DNA from: Edaphobacter aggregans
Lineage (GTDB): Bacteria; Acidobacteriota; Terriglobia; Terriglobales; Acidobacteriaceae
Direction: 5' to 3'
DNA length: 32,000 nucleotides
NCBI RefSeq assembly: GCF_003945235.1
Contig: NZ_RSDW01000001.1
Coordinates: 1,140,001 to 1,172,000, forward strand
Each line of letters begins with the position of its first letter. Position 1 is the first letter of the stretch. Shown here piece by piece: positions 18,829 to 26,957 of the stretch. A model generated the notes under the pieces. The model had not been told where the DNA came from. It worked only from the letters and a program-made list of their open reading frames with translations, and made no database searches. Both the position numbers and the translations under genes were made by a program.

Positions 18829-18891
18829 CCCGATACCCGATACCTGACACCCGACACCTGATACCTGATACCTGATACCTGATACCTGACC
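18829..18891. repeat. Tandem heptanucleotide array, 9 units of CCYGAYA (core CCTGATA x4)
   Basis: Units read directly: CCCGATA CCCGATA CCTGACA CCCGACA CCTGATA CCTGATA CCTGATA CCTGATA CCTGACC. The array sits between the GerMN stop and the murI start. Confidence 0.9.
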
Positions 18892-18927
18892 TAATAAACT
18901 AACAACCAATAACTAAGAACCAAGACC

Positions 18928-19866
18928 ATGCCCACTCCCACAATAGGCGTCTTCGACTCCGGCTTCGGCGGCCTCACCGTCCTCCGAGCCCTCCTACCAC
19001 TCATCCCCGGCGCCCACTACATCTACCTCGGTGACACCGCCCGTCTCCCCTACGGATCCAAGTCCCGCGAGACCATCGTCCGCTACGCCCTCTCGAGCGC
19101 CCGCTTCCTCGCCGACCAGGGCGCCGACCTCCTCGTCATCGCCTGCAACACCGCCACGGCTTTGGCCCTCGACGACATCAAATCCAACCTCCCCATCCCA
19201 GTCATAGGCGTAATCCAACCCGGAGCCGAAGCCGCCGCCCTCAGCACATCGAAAACGCCTGCCATTCTGACCCTGAGCGAGCAGCGCGAGTCGAAGAGGA
19301 AGAACCCGCGCATTTCGCCCATGGCGCCCCCGCGCCCCAAGGGCAGCCACGTCCTGGTCCTGGCCACCACAGCCACCACCCAATCCCACGCCTACACCCA
19401 GGCCCTCACCGCCCTGGGCCTCCGAGCCACCGAAAAAGCCTGCCCCCTCCTAGTCCCGCTGGTCGAAGAAGGTTGGATCGACCACCCCATCAATGCCGCC
19501 GTCACCCTCGAAGTCCTGCGCATCTACCTCCTCGAAGCCCTGGCCGAAGCCCCCGACGCCACCACCCTCCTCCTGGGCTGCACCCACTACCCACTCCTCA
19601 AACCACTCATCGAGACCACCCTCCGCAACCTGCACCACCCCATGCGCATCATCGATTCAGCCGAAGCCACTGCCCAAACCGTAGCGGCCCACATCCACAC
19701 AAACACCACCAACACACCACCAATAACCATCAACGAACCAGCAATAACCACCCCACCAACCTGCGATTTCTACGCCACCGACTCCATAGAAAAATTCCAG
19801 CGCCTCGGCTCCAACTTCCTAGGCCAGCCACTCAACAAAGTCCACCTCATCGACCTCGGCGGCTAA
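18928..19866 (+). CDS. murI: Glutamate racemase
   Basis: Motifs IGVFDSGFGGLTV, VIACNTA (catalytic Cys), LLGCTHYP (second catalytic Cys) and CPLLVPLVE. It carries an extra ~35-codon insertion at 19246-19350. Confidence 0.92.
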   Translation: MPTPTIGVFDSGFGGLTVLRALLPLIPGAHYIYLGDTARLPYGSKSRETIVRYALSSARFLADQGADLLVIACNTATALALDDIKSNLPIPVIGVIQPGAEAAALSTSKTPAILTLSEQRESKRKNPRISPMAPPRPKGSHVLVLATTATTQSHAYTQALTALGLRATEKACPLLVPLVEEGWIDHPINAAVTLEVLRIYLLEALAEAPDATTLLLGCTHYPLLKPLIETTLRNLHHPMRIIDSAEATAQTVAAHIHTNTTNTPPITINEPAITTPPTCDFYATDSIEKFQRLGSNFLGQPLNKVHLIDLGG

Positions 19867-19870
19867 AAAA

Positions 19871-19905
19871 CCTACCCCCTGCCCCCTACTCCCTATACCC
19901 TGTCT
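19871..19905. repeat. Degenerate heptad array, 5 units of CCTRNNN
   Basis: Units CCTACCC CCTGCCC CCTACTC CCTATAC CCTGTCT lie directly between the murI stop and the EVE-gene ATG at 19908. Confidence 0.6.
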
Positions 19906-19907
19906 TC

Positions 19908-20285
19908 ATGCCTTACCTTCTAAAAACCGAACCCAACAAATACTCCTTCGAAGACCTCGTCCGCGACGGCGAGACCACCTGGGACGGCATCAGCAACAAC
20001 CAGGCCCTCCTCACCCTCCGCAACATGAAGAAGGGCGACAAACTCGTCATCTACCACTCCAACATAGGCAAAGCCGCCGTTGGCCTCGCGAAGGTCGTCT
20101 CCGTAGACGCCACCGACCCCAAAAACCCCAACGTCCGCATCGCCCCTGTCAAACCGCTCAAGCGCGAAAAGCCCCTCGCCGAAATCCGCGAAGCCGCCGT
20201 CTTCCAAGACTCCATCCTCTTCCGCCAATTCCGCCTCTCCGTAGTCCCTGTCACCGAAGACCAATACGACTGGTTAGTCTCCTAA
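19908..20285 (+). CDS. EVE (PUA-like) domain-containing protein
   Basis: 125 aa beginning MPYLLKTEPNKYSFEDL...WDGI.N.QA...R.MK.GD..IYHS, which fits the EVE/DUF55 pattern. The 270-aa ORF-track version is a P/H/R-rich upstream extension that overlaps murI. Confidence 0.8.
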   Translation: MPYLLKTEPNKYSFEDLVRDGETTWDGISNNQALLTLRNMKKGDKLVIYHSNIGKAAVGLAKVVSVDATDPKNPNVRIAPVKPLKREKPLAEIREAAVFQDSILFRQFRLSVVPVTEDQYDWLVS

Positions 20286-20412
20286 TTCAAGCTTCAGGAT
20301 TTCCACAGAAATCGCTGTCAAGCCCCAAACCGCAAAACCCCGCACCAATCAAGGACATTACGCGGCGTAGCAATTCCATCCAACCAGCTATACTGAATAG
20401 TAGGTACTCAGA

Positions 20413-20439
20413 AAGGCCCCGGTCACAAGCCGGGGCCTT
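20413..20439 (+). terminator. GC-rich hairpin, candidate terminator of the amidase-to-EVE operon
   Basis: AAGGCCCCGG / CCGGGGCCTT form a 10-bp perfect stem with a 7-nt loop, followed by CTCGTT. Confidence 0.5.
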
Positions 20440-20590
20440 CTCGTTAACCTTAACCGGAACCAAACCAAAGTCCGGACCTAACCCAAATCTTTCGAAGACT
20501 TTAGAACAAAAAGTACCCCCGGAGGGAGTACACCTTCCTCAACCGCTGCTATCCTTACCAACGGAAACCAACAGGAGCGAAACAAAAAAA

Positions 20591-21352
20591 ATGATCGACC
20601 TAAAAGGCAAAGTAGCCGTCGTCTTCGGCTTGGCCAACAAGCGCAGCATCGCCTGGGGTATCGCCCAGAAGCTCTCCGAAGCCGGCGCCACCCTCGCCAT
20701 CTGCTACCAGAACGAACGCCTCCAGCGTGACGCCGACGAGTTGGCCGCCGACCTGCCCAACACCAAAACCTTCCGCTGCGACGTCTCCATCGACACCGAC
20801 ATCGACGCCGTCTTCGAGCAGCTCAAAGCCGCCTACGGCAAGCTCGACATCATCGTGCACTCCATCGGCTTCGCTCCTAACATCAAGAACACGGTCCTCC
20901 AGACTGCCCGCGAAGACTTCCGCATCGCCTTCGACATCAGTGCCTACTCACTCGTCGCCCTGGCCCGCGTCGCCCAGCCGCTGATGACGGACGGAGGCTC
21001 CATCCTTACCCTCACCTACTACGGCGCCGACAAGGTCTTCCCCAACTACAACATCATGGGCCCCGCCAAGGCTGCGCTTGAGTCCATCGTCCGCTACCTC
21101 GCCGCCGACCTCGGCCCCAGCAAGATCCGCGTCAACGCTATCTCCGCCGGCCCCATCAAAACCCTCGCCGCTCGCGGAATCAGCGACTTCACCAGCATCC
21201 TCACCGCCGTTGAGCAGCGCGCCCCGCTCCACCGCAACGTAGACCAGCTCGAAGTCGGCAACGCCGCCCTATTCCTCTCGAGCGACCTCGCAAGCGGAAT
21301 CACCGGCGAAATCACCTTCGTAGACTGCGGCTACAACGCCACTGGCCTGTAA
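20591..21352 (+). CDS. fabI: Enoyl-[acyl-carrier-protein] reductase (NADH)
   Basis: 253 aa. N-terminus GLANKRSIAWGIA, with active-site-region Y..YN.MG.AKAALE and SAGPIKT. Confidence 0.93.
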   Translation: MIDLKGKVAVVFGLANKRSIAWGIAQKLSEAGATLAICYQNERLQRDADELAADLPNTKTFRCDVSIDTDIDAVFEQLKAAYGKLDIIVHSIGFAPNIKNTVLQTAREDFRIAFDISAYSLVALARVAQPLMTDGGSILTLTYYGADKVFPNYNIMGPAKAALESIVRYLAADLGPSKIRVNAISAGPIKTLAARGISDFTSILTAVEQRAPLHRNVDQLEVGNAALFLSSDLASGITGEITFVDCGYNATGL

Positions 21353-21373
21353 AAAACGCATAAACTTCACAAA

Positions 21374-21401
21374 CCCTACTGACACAATGCTGTCAGTAGG
21401 G
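21374..21401 (+). terminator. Hairpin terminator after fabI
   Basis: CCCTACTGACA / TGTCAGTAGGG form an 11-bp perfect stem with a 6-nt loop, followed by ATTTACTATT. Confidence 0.5.
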
Positions 21402-21470
21402 ATTTACTATTCTGGTCGCCGTTACGAATCCGTACTACCCCCGCGAGATCCGCGGTCGAAAGGAACTCCA

Positions 21471-21974
21471 ATGACGATCTCCGAAATTCTCCTCCAGGAC
21501 TTCGACTCCGAGATGAAGGGCACCCGCACCACACTCGAGCGAATCCCCGAAGCCAACCCCGACTTCAAGTGTCACGAGAAGTCCATGCCCATGGGACGCC
21601 TCGCCGTCCATGTCGCCACCCTCCCCCGGTTCGGCACCACCATCCTCACCACCGACTCCCTCGACCTCGCCACCGAAAAGTGGCCCAACATGGACTTCGT
21701 GTCCCGCCAGAAGCTCCTCGCCGACTTCGACGAACTGGCCGCCAAAGCCCGCAGCGCCCTTGCCTCTGCCACAGACGAAGACCTCCAGAAGCACTGGAAG
21801 ATGAGCTGGGGAGACAAGCCCATAGTCGACGCTCCCCGTGGCATCCTCTACCGCACAATGTTCTTCAACCACCTCATCCACCACCGCGCTCAGCTAGGCG
21901 TCTACCTTCGCCTCAATGACGTGCCGGTTCCGCCGCTCTACGGCCCCTCCGCGGACGATTCCATGGGCTTCTAA
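21471..21974 (+). CDS. DinB-like (DUF664-type) four-helix-bundle family protein
   Basis: ATG at 21471 after AAGGAA. The sequence MTISEILLQDFDSEMKGTRTTLERIP...FNHLIHHRAQLGVYLRL matches the DinB-family His pattern. Confidence 0.7.
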   Translation: MTISEILLQDFDSEMKGTRTTLERIPEANPDFKCHEKSMPMGRLAVHVATLPRFGTTILTTDSLDLATEKWPNMDFVSRQKLLADFDELAAKARSALASATDEDLQKHWKMSWGDKPIVDAPRGILYRTMFFNHLIHHRAQLGVYLRLNDVPVPPLYGPSADDSMGF

Positions 21975-22008
21975 AAAGCTGACAGCTTCGCGGTATGCTT
22001 CTAGCACC

Positions 22009-23307
22009 ATGAAGACTCTCGTCGGTGCTCTCGCTCTCGTGTCTGTGGCGGTAACCTCTCTTGCCCAAGCTCCCGCCGCGGCAAAACCAGCCTTCGTGCT
22101 CCACGCTGCACGGATGCTCGATGTCTCCGCTGGAAAGATCATCACACCCGGCGAAGTTCTCGTCGAAGGCGAGCGCATCACCGCCGCAGGCCCCAACGTA
22201 GCGCACCCAGCCGGCGCTAAGGTCATCGACCTTGGCGACACGACCCTGATGCCAGGCTTGATCGACGCCCACGTGCACCTCTTCCTCCATCCCGGAGCCG
22301 AAGACCTGCAAACCGTCGAAGAGAGCGTCCCGCAGCGAACACTGATCGCCGCCGACGCCGCAAGGCTCGACCTCCTCGCAGGCTTCACTGCCGAGCGCGA
22401 CATGGGCACCGAAGGCGCAGGCTGTGCCGATGTAGCCGTACGCAACGCCATCAACTCCGGCCTGATCCTCGGCCCCCGCATGCGCATGAGCTGCAACGCT
22501 GTCGACATCCTTGGAGGCCACGAAGACGCAAACGATTTCAATCCGGCGCAACACGTACTCTCGAACGCCGACTACGCAAACTCACTCCAGCAGCTAGTCG
22601 AAGTCATCCGCCAGCAGCGCAAAGACGGAGCCGACTTCACTAAGATCTACGAAACCGGACCAGACTCCCTCCACAACGGAGTCTTCCAAACGCCCTACCA
22701 ATACACCGAAGCCGAACTAGCAGCCGCCGTAGCCGAAGCCGCACGCACAGGCGGAGACCGCACCTCCGGACGAGGAGTAGCAGTCCACGCCACGGGAGAG
22801 CCCGGCACAGGCTACGCCGTAGCAGCAGGTGTCGCCTCCGTCGACCACGCTTACCAGCTAAGCGACGCCACGATGAAGGCGATGCACGACAAGGAGATCT
22901 ACGCCGTCCCCACCTTCGCCATCGCCGAGTACTTCGCCGACCAGGCCGCCACACCCGAACGCGCCGCCTATCTCCGCGGCGAGCAGGCCTACCACGCCGC
23001 CGAGTTCAAAAAACAGATGGCCATAGGCGTTCCCTTCGCCGTAGGCAGCGACGTAGGTCCCTTCCCACACGGCACACAAGCCCGCGAGATGGAACTGATG
23101 GTTGAGTACGGCATGAAACCAGCGGATGTCCTCCGCGCAGATCTACTCCATGGAGCGAAGCTACTCGGATGGGGCGGACAAATCGGCGAACTCAAACCCA
23201 GTTACTACGCAGACATCATCGCAGTCCAGGGCAACCCACTGGACGACATCTCGACCCTACGCAAAGTCACCTTCGTTATGAAGAACGGCGCAGTCGTAAA
23301 GCAGTAG
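22009..23307 (+). CDS. Amidohydrolase family protein (metal-dependent hydrolase), secreted
   Basis: The ATG at 22009 gives the signal peptide MKTLVGALALVSVAVTSLAQA. Metal-binding LIDAHVHLF (HxH) and a C-terminal GSD...ADIIAV..NPL motif are present. Confidence 0.85.
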   Translation: MKTLVGALALVSVAVTSLAQAPAAAKPAFVLHAARMLDVSAGKIITPGEVLVEGERITAAGPNVAHPAGAKVIDLGDTTLMPGLIDAHVHLFLHPGAEDLQTVEESVPQRTLIAADAARLDLLAGFTAERDMGTEGAGCADVAVRNAINSGLILGPRMRMSCNAVDILGGHEDANDFNPAQHVLSNADYANSLQQLVEVIRQQRKDGADFTKIYETGPDSLHNGVFQTPYQYTEAELAAAVAEAARTGGDRTSGRGVAVHATGEPGTGYAVAAGVASVDHAYQLSDATMKAMHDKEIYAVPTFAIAEYFADQAATPERAAYLRGEQAYHAAEFKKQMAIGVPFAVGSDVGPFPHGTQAREMELMVEYGMKPADVLRADLLHGAKLLGWGGQIGELKPSYYADIIAVQGNPLDDISTLRKVTFVMKNGAVVKQ

Positions 23308-25119
<1,812 letters not shown>

Positions 25120-25327
25120 CTCTTCAGTTTACCGTGATGTTTTTGTGGTGATTTTTTTTTGAATAGGGCCGGGTGGTGTTTTTCGGGGGTTTTTCAAGAA
25201 AAACGGTGGTAGATGTGGTGTTTTGGTGGTCTGTTCGTGGAGAAAAGTGTGGCAAAGCTGGTAAGTGGATGCACGTTTCCATGAGAGTCGAAAATACGCA
25301 CTTTTCTCAACTTTATTTTGCCAGGGC

Positions 25328-25636
25328 TTAGTCGAGATCGAAGTCTCGCAATGGACGTTCTCCGAGGGGGGTCTCCTTGGCCTTCTTGACCGCTTCGGCG
25401 AACTTTTTGGCCAGCACGTCGTCCTTGTTCTTCTGCGCCTCGACGCTTTGGGCGAAGATGGAATCGCGGCGGGCATCGCTCTCGCGCAGAGCCTTCGCCG
25501 CTTCGCCGAAGTCTTCGAACATCTTCTTCTTTGGAGCGGACTTGTGGGCGATGATTGCCCGCGTGACGGGATCGATCTTCAGCATCGCACCGCAGTCCGG
25601 ACACATTACTTCAAACGGCTGGTCACTCAGGCCCAT
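25328..25636 (-). CDS. Small conserved-looking hypothetical protein with one CxxC (half zinc-ribbon) and a Lys/Glu-rich helical tail
   Basis: 102 aa with GAGGAA 6-7 nt upstream of the ATG. N-terminus FEVMCPDCGAMLKIDP. Coding-like codon periodicity. Confidence 0.6.
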   Translation of the reverse strand: MGLSDQPFEVMCPDCGAMLKIDPVTRAIIAHKSAPKKKMFEDFGEAAKALRESDARRDSIFAQSVEAQKNKDDVLAKKFAEAVKKAKETPLGERPLRDFDLD

Positions 25637-25752
25637 AACGATTCCTCACAAGCCATTGTAAGGCGCATGGCCGGACCTCTGGAAGAGGGGCTCTGATCTG
25701 TTCGTAAGCACCTTTCAGTCACTTGAAGGAGAACGGCAACTCCTCCGCCGGC

Positions 25753-25780
25753 TTCCGGGTCTCTGCTGAGACCTGGAAGC
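25753..25780 (-). terminator. Hairpin 19 nt downstream of the ECF sigma gene
   Basis: 12-bp stem (CTTCCGGGTCTC / GAGACCTGGAAG on the + strand) with one non-Watson-Crick pair and a 4-nt loop. No U-tract follows. Confidence 0.35.
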
Positions 25781-25798
25781 TGGCGTCAGCAGCCCTTC

Positions 25799-26437
25799 TT
25801 AACGTGCAGTCATCATCGTGCGGCCACGCCCTTTGCATATGCTTTTCCGCAGCATTGCCTTACCACGGTGAAGGTGAGCCTTCACCGAAGGGCGGGATTT
25901 GCCTCTTAGCTCTGCAACCTGCTGGAGGGAGCAGTCATTGAAAAAGTGAAGCGTAACCATGATGCGAGCCTCTGCGGGCAGGTTCTCCATGTGCTTGCGT
26001 ACGAGCCACACCGCTTCCTGCCGTGCAGCGATCGTCTCCGGGTCCTCGACTGCAGCGCTGAAGCTTTGCTCGAAGTGGTGGAGATACTCAGGGCTATCTT
26101 CGAGAAAGACCGTTGTCTTTCTTCTCAACTTCCTCAAAGCCAGGATGGCACGGTTCGCGACGATTCTTGTGAACCAAGTTTTTATGGAAGAGTCTCCGCG
26201 AAACCTTCCCATCGCCATCCATGCAGCACAAAAGGCGGTATGGACAACGTCTTCCGCCTCGGTTCGGTCTCGCAGAATCGAGAATGCGATTCTCAGGAAA
26301 TGGTTCTTTTCCTTGACTACGAGGTCTGTCAGTTCGTTTCGACGCAGTTGCAGGGTGAGGTCTGCATCTTCGTCCTGAAAGGAACATAGGGGAGAAGGGG
26401 GGAGAGAGACCCTATGGGTTTCAACCTGGGTGAGCAT
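25799..26437 (-). CDS. RNA polymerase sigma factor, ECF (sigma-70 group 4) family
   Basis: Region 2 (AEDVVHTAFCAAW...WFTRIVANRAI) and region 4 (LPAEARIMVTLHFFNDCSLQQVAELRGKSRPSVKAHLHRGKAMLRK). AAGGAG lies 5 nt upstream of the ATG. Confidence 0.85.
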   Translation of the reverse strand: MLTQVETHRVSLPPSPLCSFQDEDADLTLQLRRNELTDLVVKEKNHFLRIAFSILRDRTEAEDVVHTAFCAAWMAMGRFRGDSSIKTWFTRIVANRAILALRKLRRKTTVFLEDSPEYLHHFEQSFSAAVEDPETIAARQEAVWLVRKHMENLPAEARIMVTLHFFNDCSLQQVAELRGKSRPSVKAHLHRGKAMLRKSICKGRGRTMMTAR

Positions 26438-26521
26438 TTAAGTCTCCTTGATACGGTGTCGTTCACGCTTAGAAAGGGAGCCGCGTCACGCTAGGTGCGC
26501 GACAGAGAACGCCGAGAGGCG

Positions 26522-26878
26522 CTAAGCGAGGATGGAGACTGGGGGAGGGCGAAAGAGAAGCTGCGGCGACCAGAGACTTGGGCATAGGGAGCGTCGTATC
26601 GTCGGATACAGACGCCACGCCCTAACGAGCCTGAAGGAAAACGGGTTTGCGAGTAGCGTAAGAAGGATGAAACTCAGGATGGGTGACGGCGCGGGACGCT
26701 CGGCTCGAGTTGCAGCGGTAAGACTGCCGTGCGCTCCCATTGCCCTGCTGGCAGCCCGTTGTGGAATGTGCTCACCTTTGGAGCGTCTGGATGCCACACT
26801 GGAGGGAAAGATTCCCAGGAATAGAAGAACCGAGATCAAGATCCAATGAAATCGTCGATTTGGCGTGACGCGGTTCAC
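26522..26878 (-). CDS. Doubtful ORF (118 aa) with two hydrophobic segments
   Basis: Only the N-terminal signal/TM-like stretch looks protein-like. The remainder is R/P/S-rich, like translated non-coding DNA. An equally unconvincing ORF lies opposite it. Confidence 0.2.
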   Translation of the reverse strand: MNRVTPNRRFHWILISVLLFLGIFPSSVASRRSKGEHIPQRAASRAMGAHGSLTAATRAERPAPSPILSFILLTLLANPFSFRLVRAWRLYPTIRRSLCPSLWSPQLLFRPPPVSILA

Positions 26879-26957
26879 GGCCGACCCCTACGCGCTGACG
26901 CTGCCCTGAAGCCCGCAGCTGCGTTCTTTCTGATGTAAGGATATCACCGCGTAAAGC

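Noticed and set aside
18829-18891. The heptad arrays considered as a CRISPR-like or coding repeat.
   Set aside because: The units are 7 bp with no spacers and no cas genes, and the period is not a multiple of three. They are simple tandem repeats.
19473-19907. The 270-aa version of the EVE ORF, and other ORF-track starts further upstream (1410, 5571, 7331, 15655, 21387, 21916, 28610, 29750).
   Set aside because: The extensions are P/R/H-rich and overlap the preceding gene, a palindrome or a terminator hairpin. Internal ATG/GTG starts give canonical N-termini or signal peptides, often with a Shine-Dalgarno sequence.
20286-20590. The 305-bp region upstream of fabI, scanned for a tRNA or small RNA gene.
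   Set aside because: No cloverleaf or T-loop (GTTCGAATC-like) sequence is present. The only strong structure is the terminator-like hairpin at 20413-20439, plus a weaker one near 20515-20533.
26532-26849. The + strand 105-aa ORF opposite the doubtful minus ORF.
   Set aside because: The translation is Arg/Gly-rich, with no ribosome-binding site and no recognisable motif. It is at least as unconvincing as its antisense partner.
26481-26873. An 11-bp inverted repeat (CCGCGTCACGC at 26481-26491 and GCGTGACGCGG at 26863-26873) flanking the doubtful ORF, considered as MITE or IS terminal repeats.
   Set aside because: My rough estimate is that a few 11-mer inverted pairs within 400 bp are expected by chance in 32 kb of GC-rich DNA. 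The match does not extend, and I saw no target-site duplication and no transposase.
26438-26957. Possible RNase P RNA, tmRNA or another known structured RNA in the poorly coding stretch.
   Set aside because: I could not find the conserved cores I remember (the GGAAAGUCCGG-type RNase P element, or the tmRNA tRNA-like 3' end ending in CCACCA) on either strand.
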